NCBI GenBank assembly: GCA_965218795.1
Contig: OZ244653.1
Location: forward strand, 3,584,001-3,648,000
Direction: 5' to 3'
DNA from: a bacterium
GTDB taxonomy: Bacteria > UBA8248 > JACPRG01 > G963555815
Length of the DNA: 64,000 bases
Under the pieces are notes generated by a model. That model searched no databases and was not told the DNA's origin. It saw nothing but the letters and a program-made list of their open reading frames with translations. The stretch's first letter is position 1, and every line of letters begins with the position of its first letter. The position numbers and the translations under genes are program-made. Positions 8,308-18,542 of the stretch are shown in pieces.

Positions 8308-10176
8308 TCATTCCTTCAAGAATTCTTCCAGGGCGTGATCCTTCACGGCGGCTTTCAGCGTGTGGTCCATCAGCGTCTCGGCGAGGTGCCGGGCGGCTTT
8401 GTCGAGTCGTTCCAGACAGGGTTGAATCGCTTGCCGCTCCTCGCCTTCGACGGCGTCTTCCAAGGCATTGACGGCCTTTTCAATATCTTCCTTCTCTTCC
8501 TCCGCGATGAGTCCGGCTCCCTGAGCGAGCGCCTTCCGGGTGGCGCGAATGACGGTTTCCCCTTCGGTTTTCGCTTCGATGAGCAGTCGGGCGTTCAGGT
8601 CCGATTCTGCGAAATCGAAGGATTCGCGGATCATCCGCTCCACTTCCTCGTCGGTCAGTCCGTATGAGGGCTTCACCTCCACCGACTGAACCTTTCCGGT
8701 TTTCTCGTCTCGGGCGGCGACGTTGAGGATGCCGTTGGCGTCGATCAGAAAATTCACCTCGATTCGCGGAGCCCCCGCCGGCATGGGTTCGATGCCTTTG
8801 AGCTGAAACCGCGCCAGGCTCCGGTTGTCCTCGACCCGTTCACGTTCGCCCTGGACGACGTGAATGTCCACGGAAACCTGCCCGTCGACGTAGGTGGTGA
8901 ATGCCTCGCGGGCGCTGGTCGGGATCGTGCTGTTCCGGGGGATCAGGACGCTCGTCACGCCGCCCATCACCTCGATGCCGAGAGAAAGCGGGGTGACGTC
9001 CAGCAATAAAACCTCCTGGACCACGCCCGCCAGAATCCCGGCCTGGACCGCCGCCCCCCGGGCGACGACCTCCCGCGGATTCAGTTCCGTGTGCGGGGTC
9101 TTTCCGAACAGGTCCTCGACCTTGCGGCGGACCATCGGGATCAGCGTTGTCCCGCCGACGAGTATCACTTCGCCCAATTCCGAGGCGGAAATTCCCGCGT
9201 CCTTCAGCGCCTGCCGGCAGGGGGGCAAGGTCCGATCCACCACGGGCGCCGCAAGGGACTCGAAGGTTTCCAAGGTGAGGGTTTCGCTGAAGGCTCCTCC
9301 ATCGGGAAGGGGCACCTCGACGTCCGCCCGCCCTCCGCCGGAAATCCGAATTTTCGCTCTTTCCACGGCGTCTTTGAGGGATTGCAGGAGGCTCCCGTTC
9401 TCGCTCACCCGGATTCCGGCGGCCTTCTCCACGGCCGGCCGAAAATGATCGATCAGGACGTTGTCGATATCATCCCCGCCCAGGTGGGAATCCCCGTTGG
9501 TGGACAGGACTTCGAAGATCCCCTCATGCAGCTTGAGGATGGAGATGTCGAAGGTCCCGCCGCCGAAATCATAGACGGCGATTAGCCCCTGCTCCTTCTG
9601 ATCGAGGCCGTAGGCCAGCGAGGCCGCGGTGGGTTCGTTGACGATTCGCAGGACTTCCAGACCCGCAATGCGTCCCGCATCCTTGGTCGATTGCCGTTGG
9701 CTGTCGTTGAAATAGGCGGGGACGGTGATCACGGCTTTCTTCACCTCCCGGCCCAGCCGGCTCTCGGCCCGCTCCTTCAGCTTGCGCAGGATCAGCGCGG
9801 ACAGCTCGGGCGGGGTGTATTCCTGATCCCCGACGCGTACCTGGATAACCGAGCCTTCGCCGGAGGAAACCTCGAACGGCAGGTACGGGAGGTCGTCCCG
9901 GATGTCGGCGAAGGATCGGCCCATGAAACGCTTGATGGAGGAGATCGTCCGGTCCGCCCGTTCGATGGAATGCCTGCGCGCCTCATCGCCAACGGTGATC
10001 CCGTCTTCAGCAATACCGATCACCGACGGGAGAACGGCATTGCCTTCCTCATCCGGAATCACTTGCGGCTCGCCTTCATCCATATAGGCGACTACGCTCT
10101 TCGTGGTTCCCAGGTCGATTCCAATGATGGATTCCGGACCGCTGGGGCCGGATCCGCTCAGGCTGACGTAAGGCAA
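8308..10176 (-). CDS. hscA: Fe-S chaperone HscA (Hsp70 family)
   Basis: [32 protein letters not shown]; isc context. Confidence 0.93.
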   Translation of the reverse strand: MPYVSLSGSGPSGPESIIGIDLGTTKSVVAYMDEGEPQVIPDEEGNAVLPSVIGIAEDGITVGDEARRHSIERADRTISSIKRFMGRSFADIRDDLPYLPFEVSSGEGSVIQVRVGDQEYTPPELSALILRKLKERAESRLGREVKKAVITVPAYFNDSQRQSTKDAGRIAGLEVLRIVNEPTAASLAYGLDQKEQGLIAVYDFGGGTFDISILKLHEGIFEVLSTNGDSHLGGDDIDNVLIDHFRPAVEKAAGIRVSENGSLLQSLKDAVERAKIRISGGGRADVEVPLPDGGAFSETLTLETFESLAAPVVDRTLPPCRQALKDAGISASELGEVILVGGTTLIPMVRRKVEDLFGKTPHTELNPREVVARGAAVQAGILAGVVQEVLLLDVTPLSLGIEVMGGVTSVLIPRNSTIPTSAREAFTTYVDGQVSVDIHVVQGERERVEDNRSLARFQLKGIEPMPAGAPRIEVNFLIDANGILNVAARDEKTGKVQSVEVKPSYGLTDEEVERMIRESFDFAESDLNARLLIEAKTEGETVIRATRKALAQGAGLIAEEEKEDIEKAVNALEDAVEGEERQAIQPCLERLDKAARHLAETLMDHTLKAAVKDHALEEFLKE

Positions 10177-10838
10177 CTCATCGCCTCCGCAATGTCGTTC
10201 ACGGCGTTCTGCACGTATTTTCGCTGGGCGAGGAGCGAACGGAGCTCTTCAACAATCGCGCCCGTACCCTCCCCGGCGTCCCAGCGGGAAAACAGGTCGT
10301 TCAGGCCGTCTCTCAAAGCCGTCTCTTTCTCCTCAAACCGGCTCTTGTCGTTCTCCAGGGGTCCGGCCAGCTTTCTTTGTTCCTCTTCATCCTGTTCCAT
10401 CCTGAAATCCTGAAGCCTTTCATTGAACTCGAAGACCTCCTCCAGCAGTTCCTGGGGCGGCGCGGCGGCAATCTCCTGATCAGAACCCTGGGCCAGCTTG
10501 ACCAGATATTCCGCACGGGTGAACGGCTCCCGGAGCGTCCGGTAGGCCCGGTTCAGGGTGGCCGAAAGCTCCAGACTGAGTTGCTGCTCGTACGGACCGG
10601 CGCCCTGGAAAAAATCGGGATGGTACTTCCGGCTCAGCTCATAGAAGCGACGCTCCAGATCCTCGCCGTCGATGGTCAACCGCCGCGAAAGCCCCAGGAT
10701 GCTGAAAAAATCCGTCTTCGGTCCCGCGGGCTGGATTTTTGAGCAGTGCTCACAAAAGGGACCGGGCTCCGTCTCCCGGCTGCAGTTCCAACAGAGACTC
10801 TTGGTCGATTCTCCGGAAGCCGGGAGCGCTTCGCTCAT
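10158..10838 (-). CDS. hscB: Co-chaperone HscB with an N-terminal CxxC..CxxC domain
   Basis: CWNC..CEHC..IQP, J-domain [16 protein letters not shown]. Confidence 0.92.
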   Translation of the reverse strand: MSEALPASGESTKSLCWNCSRETEPGPFCEHCSKIQPAGPKTDFFSILGLSRRLTIDGEDLERRFYELSRKYHPDFFQGAGPYEQQLSLELSATLNRAYRTLREPFTRAEYLVKLAQGSDQEIAAAPPQELLEEVFEFNERLQDFRMEQDEEEQRKLAGPLENDKSRFEEKETALRDGLNDLFSRWDAGEGTGAIVEELRSLLAQRKYVQNAVNDIAEAMSCLTSA

Positions 10839-11032
10839 TCTTCGAATCCCGTCCTCGTACGTGCGGACGGCACAGGCTTCTCCGTCCTCGCCGATAGCAA
10901 AATCGCCCTTCAAAAATCAAGGGCCTTCCCGGGGGCTTCTGGCGCGCCCCTGTCCGGAAAGGCCCCGGTATTGTTGACATTCGATTGTCGGACTCCGGTC
11001 TGCGGACCGAAAGGACCGCGCCCGAACGGGTC

Positions 11033-11356
11033 TTACGCCGTAAAAGAACTGCCGCAGCCGCAGGTCCGTTTGGCATTCGGATTCTCGAACCGGAATCCGC
11101 CGCCGAGCATGGAGTCCTCGTAGGTCAGCGTTGTGCCTCCGAGGTAGAGAAGGCTTTTCATATCCACGACCACTTTGATGTCGTCGATATCTAAGACCTT
11201 GTCCTTTTCCTTGATCTCGGAATCAAAGCCCAACGTGTAGGACAGACCTGAGCAACCTCCGCCCTGGATGCCGACCCGAAGGGCGTATTCCTCGAGATCC
11301 TGATCTTCCTGGAGTTTTTTCACCTGCTGAATTGCGGCGTCCGTCAGGGTGAGCAT
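11033..11356 (-). CDS. iscA: A-type Fe-S carrier IscA
   Basis: GGGCSGLSY, NPNAKRTCGCGSSF. Confidence 0.95.
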   Translation of the reverse strand: MLTLTDAAIQQVKKLQEDQDLEEYALRVGIQGGGCSGLSYTLGFDSEIKEKDKVLDIDDIKVVVDMKSLLYLGGTTLTYEDSMLGGGFRFENPNAKRTCGCGSSFTA

Positions 11357-11398
11357 CCTTACCCGCCTCCTTATCAATGGCTCCATTCGGCCCCGCCG

Positions 11399-11806
11399 TT
11401 ACGAGACCGCGCTCTGGCTTTCCGTTTCAGACTTCTTTTCCTTGTAATCCTTGACCGCCGCCCGAATGGCGTCCTCCGCCAAAACCGAACAGTGAATCTT
11501 GACCGGAGGGAGACTCAACTCTTCCACGATATGCGTGTTCTTGATCTCCAGGGCCTCGTCCGGGGTCTTTCCCTTCATTATCTCCGTGGCCAGGCTGGAG
11601 CTCGCAATGGCGCTGCCGCAACCGAAGGTCTTGAACTTGGCGTCTTCGATCTGGCCTTCGTCATTGACCTTGATTTGCAGCTTCATGACGTCGCCGCATT
11701 CGGGGGCGCCGGCCAAGCCGGTGCCGACTTCCGGGTCGGACTTGTCCAGGCTTCCCAGGTTTCTGGGATGGTTGAAGTGATCCACAACCTTGTCGCTGTA
11801 AACCAT
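11399..11806 (-). CDS. iscU: Fe-S scaffold IscU
   Basis: APECGD, FGCGSAIASS, LPPVKIHCS. Confidence 0.97.
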   Translation of the reverse strand: MVYSDKVVDHFNHPRNLGSLDKSDPEVGTGLAGAPECGDVMKLQIKVNDEGQIEDAKFKTFGCGSAIASSSLATEIMKGKTPDEALEIKNTHIVEELSLPPVKIHCSVLAEDAIRAAVKDYKEKKSETESQSAVS

Positions 11807-11851
11807 ATCGACGCTCCTCGATCGTCTCGTTGGGTGTGTGGTGGAACGCCT

Positions 11852-13066
11852 CTAGTGTTCGCCCCACTCGATGGCGCTCAGGTCGATCCCCTCTTTCGCC
11901 ATTTCGTACAATGGGCTCATCTCGCGCAGGCGGTCCACAACTTCCACGACCCGCCCAATCGTGTAATCGACTTCCTCTTCGGTGTTGAACCGCCCCAGGC
12001 CGAAACGAAGGGAGGAGTGAGCCAGCTCGTCCCCCCGCCCGATGCCCTTCAGAACGTAGGACGGCTCCAACGTGGCGGACGTGCACGCCGAACCGGAGGA
12101 AACGGCGATCTCATTCAGACCCATCAGCATCGACTCGCCTTCCACGTAGGCGAAGCTCAGATTCAAAGAGTGAGGCAGCCGTTCGGCGGGGTGTCCGTTC
12201 AGGTGGACTTCCTCCATCCGCTCGGTGATCCCGCTGTGCAGCCTGTCCCGGAGGCCGATCAGCCGCCGGCCTTCCTCTTCCATCCCTTCCGCGCAAATTT
12301 CGCAGGCCTTGCCCAAACCGACGATGCCCGACACGTTCAGCGTGCCGGAGCGCATGCCGCGCTCATGGCCGCCGCCGTCGATCATCGGGGCCAGCCGGAC
12401 CCGGGGTTTTTTCCGCCGGACATAGATGGCGCCCACGCCCTTGGGGCCGTAAAATTTGTGGGCGGAGAGGGAGAGCAGGTCGATGTTCATGGCCTGGACG
12501 TCGACGGGAATTTTTCCCACCCCCTGCACGGCATCGGTGTGAAACAGAACGCCGCGCTCCTTGCAGATTTTGCCGATTTCGGCGATGGGGTTGATGGTGC
12601 CGATCTCGTTGTTGGCCAGCATGATCGAGACCAGGATGGTGTCGTCCCGCAGGTGCTCGGCGACTTCGTCCGCCGAGATCCGCCCGTACTCGTCGGGCTC
12701 CAGGTAAGTGACCTCGAAGCCTTCCCGATCGAGCGTCTTGGCGCTGTCGAGGATGGCCTTGTGCTCGATCTTGCAGGTGATGATGTGGCGGCCCTTCTCT
12801 TTGTACATGGCGGCCACGCCCTTGAGGGCGAGGTTGTCGGATTCGGTGGCTCCGCTGGTGAAAATGATCTCTTTGGGGTCGGCGTTGATCAGCGCGGCCA
12901 CTTGGGCCCGGCTCTCATCCACGGCCTCCTCGGCCCGCCATCCAAAGGCGTGGTTGCGGCTGGCCGCGTTACCGAAATCCTTCAAAAAGTAGGGCTCCAT
13001 GGCCTCCAAGATCCGCGGGTCAACCGGGGTGGTGGCATGGTTGTCCATGTAGATGGGCAGTTTCAT
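11852..13066 (-). CDS. iscS: Cysteine desulfurase IscS
   Basis: [28 protein letters not shown]. Confidence 0.97.
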   Translation of the reverse strand: MKLPIYMDNHATTPVDPRILEAMEPYFLKDFGNAASRNHAFGWRAEEAVDESRAQVAALINADPKEIIFTSGATESDNLALKGVAAMYKEKGRHIITCKIEHKAILDSAKTLDREGFEVTYLEPDEYGRISADEVAEHLRDDTILVSIMLANNEIGTINPIAEIGKICKERGVLFHTDAVQGVGKIPVDVQAMNIDLLSLSAHKFYGPKGVGAIYVRRKKPRVRLAPMIDGGGHERGMRSGTLNVSGIVGLGKACEICAEGMEEEGRRLIGLRDRLHSGITERMEEVHLNGHPAERLPHSLNLSFAYVEGESMLMGLNEIAVSSGSACTSATLEPSYVLKGIGRGDELAHSSLRFGLGRFNTEEEVDYTIGRVVEVVDRLREMSPLYEMAKEGIDLSAIEWGEH

Positions 13067-13491
13067 TCCTCGACTCCAACCGGGTTTTGGCTCATCTCCG
13101 CCAGCGAGATGCCGTCCAGCAGTTCGAAAAGCCTTTTTTGCAGTCGCTTGATGGGGTCCCGCATGGTGCACTTGTCCAACGCGGTGCAGGGGTTCGCCGC
13201 ACTCTCGTCGAAGCAACTGGCAATCCTCAACGGACCCTCGAGGGCCAACACGATGTCGGCCACGCTGATTTCGCCCGGGTGGCGGGCCAGTGTGTACCCT
13301 CCGGCCGGACCCGCGTGCGAAACGACCAAACCATCCTTCGCCAGGCATTGCATCGCTTTCGCGAGCAATTCCACGGGAAGATCGTAATGCGTTGCAATTT
13401 CCCGCGCATTGCTCAACTGCTCCTCCTCCAAAGAGGCCAAGTGGCTAAGCGCAAGGATCGCGTAATCGGTCTTTTTCGTCAGACTCAACAT
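13063..13491 (-). CDS. iscR: Rrf2-family regulator, IscR-like
   Basis: [16 protein letters not shown], three C-terminal Cys; first gene of the isc operon. Confidence 0.85.
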   Translation of the reverse strand: MLSLTKKTDYAILALSHLASLEEEQLSNAREIATHYDLPVELLAKAMQCLAKDGLVVSHAGPAGGYTLARHPGEISVADIVLALEGPLRIASCFDESAANPCTALDKCTMRDPIKRLQKRLFELLDGISLAEMSQNPVGVEE

Positions 13492-13499
13492 GGAATTCT

Positions 13500-13524
13500 A
13501 TATCCGACTGATATTGTCGGGTAT
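13500..13524. promoter_or_regulatory. IscR type-1 operator
   Basis: ATATCCGACTGATATTGTCGGGTAT versus consensus ATASYYGACTRwwwYAGTCRRSTAT; overlaps the predicted TSS. Confidence 0.85.
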
Positions 13525-13553
13525 AATGTAGCCCCTTTGAATCCAAGTGTCAA
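13525..13553 (-). promoter_or_regulatory. Sigma70 promoter of the isc operon
   Basis: Minus strand TTGACA-N17-TACATT. Confidence 0.8.
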
Positions 13554-13584
13554 GGGAATCGCGGCCGGCGCTTCAAAAGACTCC

Positions 13585-14568
13585 TCAACCCCCGATGGCG
13601 CTCATTCCCCGGTCGGGCTGGACGAACTCCATCTGGCCGATCAAGTGGCCGGGTGTTTTCGTCAGGACCACGTTTGCGAGCCACTCCGTGATTGCCTCAT
13701 CGTCCGCGGCATGCCGGAGCAACGTCTTGATATCGTGCTCGGTCGTCGAAAACAGACAGGTGCGGATCATGCCGTCGGCGGTGAGCCGGATCCGGTTGCA
13801 GGTGGCGCAGAACGGCTCGGTGACCGTGGGGATGACCCCCACCTCGCCCTGACCGTCCTTGTACCGGTATTTCGTGGCCGGGTCGTGGGGGTTGTCCCGC
13901 GCGAGCTCCAGCTCCCCCACCTTTTCGAGCCCCTTCAGGATTTCCTCCGCCGGGAGAACCTTCTTCATTTCCCACTTGTGCTGGGCGTCGAGCGGCATGT
14001 ACTCGATGAAACGGACGATATGCCCGGTCTCGCGGGCCCACCGGCCGAAGTCTTCGATTTCGTCGTGGTTGAACCCGTTGATGGCCACGGCGTTGATCTT
14101 GATGGGCTGGAAGCCCGCCTCGACCGCCGCCTGGATGCCGTCCAGCGTCTGCCGGAACATGTCCCGCCGGGTGATCTCCAGGAATTTCTGGGGATTGAGC
14201 GAATCGAGGCTGATGTTGATCCGGCGAAGCCCGACGGCGTAGAGGTCCCTGGCCAGTTTGGGCAGCAAGACCCCGTTGGTGGTCAGCGCCAGGTCCATGT
14301 CCGGGTTGATATCCAGCATCAGGCGGATGAGCTTGTCGAGCTCCTTGCGCAGAAGCGGCTCACCGCCGGTCAGGTGATAGCTGTCAAAGCCGAGAGCGGT
14401 TGTGATCCGAACAACGCGGGCGATCTCTTCAAAGCTCAGGATCTTCTCTTTCGGGAGCCAGACCATTCCCTCTTCCGGCATGCAGTACTGGCAGCGGAAG
14501 TTGCACTGGTCGGTCACCGAGATGCGGAGGTCGTTGTGCTCGCGCCCGTATGTGTCGTAAAGCCCCAT
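13585..14568 (-). CDS. moaA: GTP 3',8-cyclase MoaA
   Basis: LRISVTDQCNFRCQYC, FCATCNRIRLTADG..CLF, C-terminal MSAIGG. Confidence 0.96.
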   Translation of the reverse strand: MGLYDTYGREHNDLRISVTDQCNFRCQYCMPEEGMVWLPKEKILSFEEIARVVRITTALGFDSYHLTGGEPLLRKELDKLIRLMLDINPDMDLALTTNGVLLPKLARDLYAVGLRRINISLDSLNPQKFLEITRRDMFRQTLDGIQAAVEAGFQPIKINAVAINGFNHDEIEDFGRWARETGHIVRFIEYMPLDAQHKWEMKKVLPAEEILKGLEKVGELELARDNPHDPATKYRYKDGQGEVGVIPTVTEPFCATCNRIRLTADGMIRTCLFSTTEHDIKTLLRHAADDEAITEWLANVVLTKTPGHLIGQMEFVQPDRGMSAIGG

Positions 14569-14608
14569 CTGCCTGAGTCTCGGTTGAGGGTGGCGGCGGA
14601 TCCCAATC

Positions 14609-14640
14609 AAAAAGGCCGGTGCCCCATGGAGACGCCGGCC
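14609..14640 (-). terminator. Intrinsic terminator in the moaA leader (riboswitch expression platform)
   Basis: Minus strand GGCCGGCGTCTC-CAT-GGGGCACCGGCC-TTTTT. Confidence 0.7.
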
Positions 14641-14664
14641 CGGCGAACGGAATCCGCTGGCCCG

Positions 14665-14766
14665 CGTTCTCCTTTCCAAGCACGGGAGGCTGGACGGTCA
14701 CCCCTCCAACCCTGTCGGCCCTGGGGTCATGGCCCATCCGCCATGCACCCGCGGGCTCGGAGAACG
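14665..14766 (-). ncRNA. Moco/Wco (Tuco) riboswitch, P3-lacking variant
   Basis: Minus strand CGTTCTCCGAGC..GGGCCGACAGGG..GCCTCCCGTGCTTGGAAAGGAGAACG; P1 closes; upstream of moaA. Confidence 0.85.
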
Positions 14767-14966
14767 GCAATGCTGTCATTCAACGTTCGTCTATTCAATA
14801 TACGCCGGTGTTCCCAGGGGTCAAGGAGGATCGGACGTGAGAAAAACCTCCTCCAGGCGTCCACGGGGAAGCGCGTCCCGGCAAAACGGCGTTTGAGGGG
14901 GGACGGCGACCAAGGCTTTGGAGATGACGCGGCGTCTGAGCGCGACGACCGGTTCGCGTTGATTGC

Positions 14967-14978
14967 GGGGGGGGGGGG
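14967..14978. repeat. G12 homopolymer
   Basis: Direct reading; intergenic, just past the 3' end of the R-M remnant. Confidence 0.9.
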
Positions 14979-14997
14979 AGGAGGCGGAATTGCCCGA

Positions 14998-15494
14998 CTA
15001 AGCCAGCAGCAACGCCAGCGTTTCGACCCAGCTTTTCAGATTGCGCTCGGCGAGCGCCTTGTCGGTCAGTTCCTTATCGGAGTGCGCGACATAGGTGTTG
15101 CGGAAGTCATTCACCTTCGTGATGTGATCCAGCAGTTTCTGCGCTCCCGGCAAACGGAACGACTCGCGGACGGCGGCGAACACGCCGTCGAGTTCCGTGT
15201 CGTCGTTCAGCGCATAATCAAGGCACGAGCGCAGCAAGCCGAGCACGGAAAGCGGGTTTCCGTACACCAGCCCACGCTTCAGGTTTTTCGCCATGTTCTG
15301 ATAGTGGTTGCGTGACCTCCTGTCCACGTCCTCTAGGTACGGATTGAACCAGTTTTCCTGATCAAGCCGGTTTGTGGGAACCTTATCGCGTAAAAGACTT
15401 AGGATCATCGCCTTGGAGGCCTCATCGAACGGACCCAGTAATGTATTGAAGACGGGAGAGAAGTTCGGAGCGTCTTCCTTGCGCTCGAAAAACC
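14998..15494 (-). pseudogene. C-terminal fragment of a probable type III restriction (Res) protein with a HEPN-like domain
   Basis: Frame is open up to the junction (FFERKEDAPNFSPVFNTLLGPFDEASKAMILS..); Rx4-6H motif RNTYVAH. Confidence 0.55.
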
Positions 15495-15807
15495 GATGTA
15501 GATGAGACTGATCGCCCCCTTGAACTCCTCAAGCAGCGAGGCCATCACCAGCTTGTTGTCGCCCCAGATCAGCCGATTCCGAAAATCATCCCGGTGGGCC
15601 TTTCCCTCATTGAATATCGAACCCTGCGCCTCGGCGCGCGCGCGGCTCGTCAATCGTCTCGATCTTCTGGAGCGGCATGGCGAGGCCGGCAGTATTGACC
15701 TCGCGGCGGTTGCCGAACTCATCGTATTTCCCCTCCCAGACCAGCTCGGTTTTCATCCGCGAGAGCGGGTGCGGGTTATCGGGGCCGAAGGCTGTGTTGT
15801 CGCTCAT
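15495..15807 (-). pseudogene. N-terminal fragment of a type III Mod DNA methyltransferase, frameshifted and truncated
   Basis: KTELVWEGKYD, NRLIWGDNKLVM..ISLIYI, broken exactly before the DPP(F/Y) motif; frameshift in a (CG)n run at about 15633-15644. Confidence 0.8.
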
Positions 15808-15899
15808 TGTGAATGGGTCTCGTTTGTTGGAGGATTCTGACGGCCTGGGTGAGATTTCATGAGGCGCCGTCCTTCAACATAACACGCTCTCCGCAATCC

Positions 15900-15929
15900 T
15901 TGACACGGCTTTGGCCCCGATTCTAGAAT
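15900..15929 (+). promoter_or_regulatory. Sigma70 promoter of the folD operon
   Basis: TTGACA-N18-TAGAAT. Confidence 0.65.
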
Positions 15930-15978
15930 CTCTGTCTTGAAACTCCCCAATGGACCTTTCACCTTTGCAGGAACCGTC

Positions 15979-16845
15979 ATGCCGGCGCAAATCTTGAGCG
16001 GTAAGGAGATCGGAGAGTCCATCCGCCAGGAGCTCAAAGCCGAAATCGACGGGATTTCGGCGGGCGGCGGCGGGAGACCCAAACTGGCCGTCGTCCTGGT
16101 CGGGGACGACCCCGCCTCGCACGTCTATGTCCGCAACAAGGAGAAGGCCTGCGTAAAGGTCGGCATCGAAACCGGGGACTGGAAGCCTCCCGCCGACATT
16201 TCACAGGACGAGCTCATCGCCCACGTCGACAGGCTCAACGAGGATCCGGCGGTGAACGGCATCCTGGTTCAGCTTCCGCTTCCCGATCACATCGACGAGG
16301 CGTTCGTCCTAGAGCGGATCCTGCCGGAAAAGGACGTCGACGGCTTCCACCCCTGCAACCTGGGCCAGTTGGTTCTCGGGGCCGACGTCCTCGCGCCGGC
16401 CACGCCCTCGGGCGTCATGGCCATGCTCGACCGTTCGGATATCGAGATCCTCGGGAAGAACGTGGCGATGGTCGGGCGCAGCCGGATCGTGGGCAAGCCG
16501 CTAGCGGCCATGTTCACCAACCGATCCGCCACCGTGACCGTCTGCCACAGCAAGACCCGCGACCTCAAGGAGGAATGCCGCCGGGCGGACATCGTCGTCG
16601 CGGCCATCGGGCGGGCCCGGATGATCGACGCCGGGTACGTCGGCGACGGCGCCGTGGTCATCGACGTGGGCATCAACCGGGTGGACGACAAGCTGGTCGG
16701 CGACGTGGATTTCGATTCGGTCATCGGCAAGGTCAGCGCCATCACGCCGGTTCCCGGCGGGGTGGGTCCGATGACGATCGCCATGCTGCTGCACAACACC
16801 CTGAAGGCTTTCAAGCTCCAGACGAAGGCCGGCGTCGTCTCATAA
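15979..16845 (+). CDS. folD: Methylene-THF dehydrogenase/cyclohydrolase
   Basis: YVRNK, GILVQLPLP, KDVDGFHP, TPVPGGVGPMT. Confidence 0.97.
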   Translation: MPAQILSGKEIGESIRQELKAEIDGISAGGGGRPKLAVVLVGDDPASHVYVRNKEKACVKVGIETGDWKPPADISQDELIAHVDRLNEDPAVNGILVQLPLPDHIDEAFVLERILPEKDVDGFHPCNLGQLVLGADVLAPATPSGVMAMLDRSDIEILGKNVAMVGRSRIVGKPLAAMFTNRSATVTVCHSKTRDLKEECRRADIVVAAIGRARMIDAGYVGDGAVVIDVGINRVDDKLVGDVDFDSVIGKVSAITPVPGGVGPMTIAMLLHNTLKAFKLQTKAGVVS

Positions 16846-16859
16846 TGGAGCCCGTCTAA

Positions 16860-18251
16860 ATGGCTCTGCCGGACCTGTTGGACTCCGCTCAGCGGCAGGT
16901 CTACACCGTCTCCGCCCTCACCCGCGAAATCCGCGATCATCTCGAGTCCGGCTATCCCGACGTCTGGGTGGAGGGGGAGGTTTCCAACCTTCGCCGACCG
17001 ACTTCCGGGCACATCTATTTCACGCTGAAGGACGAAAAGGCCCAGCTCCGGGCCGTTCTCTTCAAGATGTCCGCCGCCTTGCTTCGATTCGATCCGGAAG
17101 ACGGCCTCAAGGTGCTCGTTCGCGGTCGGGTCACCGTGTACGAGCCGCGGGGCGAATATCAGTTCTCGGTCAGTCACGTCGAGCCCATGGGGCTGGGACC
17201 GCTCGAGCTGGCGTTCCAGCAGACGCGCGAGCGCCTGGAAAAAGAGGGCCTGTTCGACGAGGGCGGGAAACGGCCTTTGCCCTTCCTGCCGGAACGGATC
17301 GGGATCGTCACCTCGCCGACCGGGGCGGCGATCCGGGACATGCTGCGCGTCCTCTACGATCGGTTTCCCGCCTTGAAGGTGCTGATTGCGCCGGTGCGGG
17401 TGCAGGGGGCGGGGGCCGCGCGGGAGATCGCCGAGGCCATTGAAAATCTGAACCGACAAAAAGACGTCGACGTGATCATCGCCGGGCGCGGCGGCGGCTC
17501 CATCGAGGACCTTTGGGCCTTCAATGAAGAGGCGGTGGCGCGCGCCGTCTTTTCATCCCGCATCCCGGTGATCAGCGCCGTCGGCCACGAAATCGACTTC
17601 ACCATCGCCGATTTCGTGGCCGACGTTCGGGCCCCCACGCCGACCGCCGCGGCCGAGATGGCCGTGCCGAAGGTCGAAGCCCTGGCGGACCGGGTCGGAG
17701 AACTGGACCAGCGTCTGGCCTCCAAAGTGGCCGCCCGAATCCGGTCCCACCGCCGCGACCTGAGCGCCCTGCTGGAACGACGTCCCTTCCGGCGGCCGGT
17801 TTCGGTGATCCATGAATGGCAGCAGGAGGTGGACGACCGGGTGGGGGAACTCGTTGCCGCGGTGCGCCGGAACCTGTCGGTCGGCCGTCTCAGCGTGGAT
17901 TCGGCTTCCCGCCGACTCCTGACCGCCGCGCCCAGGGAAACGGCGGCCCGGCTCCGGACGCGGGCCCTGGCGCTTCAGCAGGCCCTGGTCCGCTCGGTGT
18001 CCCACCGCGCCCTCCTGACGCGGGAGCGTTTTTCCGCGCTGGCGCATCGGCTGGATGCCGCCAGTCCCCTGTCCGTTTTGGGGCGGGGGTTTGCCCTCTG
18101 CAGGCAGCTCCCGGATTTGAAAGTCCTGAAGAATGCTTCGGCCGCTTCGAAAGGGGGCGACGTTCGCGTCGATCTAGCCCGCGGCCATTTGATCTGCGAC
18201 GTGAAGGAAGTCCATCCCAAGGAGGGGATTTTTGAAAGAACCGAGCTTTGA
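16860..18251 (+). CDS. xseA: Exodeoxyribonuclease VII large subunit
   Basis: GHIYFTLKD, RGGGSIEDLWAFNEE, GHEID, PTPTAAAE. Confidence 0.97.
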   Translation: MALPDLLDSAQRQVYTVSALTREIRDHLESGYPDVWVEGEVSNLRRPTSGHIYFTLKDEKAQLRAVLFKMSAALLRFDPEDGLKVLVRGRVTVYEPRGEYQFSVSHVEPMGLGPLELAFQQTRERLEKEGLFDEGGKRPLPFLPERIGIVTSPTGAAIRDMLRVLYDRFPALKVLIAPVRVQGAGAAREIAEAIENLNRQKDVDVIIAGRGGGSIEDLWAFNEEAVARAVFSSRIPVISAVGHEIDFTIADFVADVRAPTPTAAAEMAVPKVEALADRVGELDQRLASKVAARIRSHRRDLSALLERRPFRRPVSVIHEWQQEVDDRVGELVAAVRRNLSVGRLSVDSASRRLLTAAPRETAARLRTRALALQQALVRSVSHRALLTRERFSALAHRLDAASPLSVLGRGFALCRQLPDLKVLKNASAASKGGDVRVDLARGHLICDVKEVHPKEGIFERTEL

Positions 18252-18489
18252 AGAAGCCATGACGCGGCTGGAAGAGATCATCCAGCAGCTGGAGGACGGG
18301 GAGGCGGAGCTGGATCAGACCCTTTCGCTGTTCGAGGAGGGGGTCAATCTCTCGAAGCTCTGCCACAGGCGGCTGGAGTCGGCAGAGAAAAAAATCGAGC
18401 TTCTCGTCAAGAAAGAGGGAAAGAAGCTGGAGCGGCGGCCCGTCGAGGATGACGGGGAGGAACTGCCGCTCCTGGAGGAGATCGAATAG
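18232..18489 (+). CDS. xseB: Exodeoxyribonuclease VII small subunit
   Basis: SFEEAMTRLEEII..LFEEGV. Confidence 0.95.
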   Translation: MKEPSFEEAMTRLEEIIQQLEDGEAELDQTLSLFEEGVNLSKLCHRRLESAEKKIELLVKKEGKKLERRPVEDDGEELPLLEEIE

Positions 18490-18542
18490 TCCGCCCTTCT
18501 CTCTATGGAAGAGGGCGGAGAGACCGTTTCGCCGGAGCTCCC

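Noticed and set aside
14967-14978. G12 tract as a phase-variation switch
   Set aside because: Intergenic and not within a recognisable promoter; length may be a sequencing artefact
11492-15315. Long plus-strand ORFs of 631 and 742 aa
   Set aside because: Antisense shadows of iscS/iscR/moaA in GC-rich DNA; no motifs
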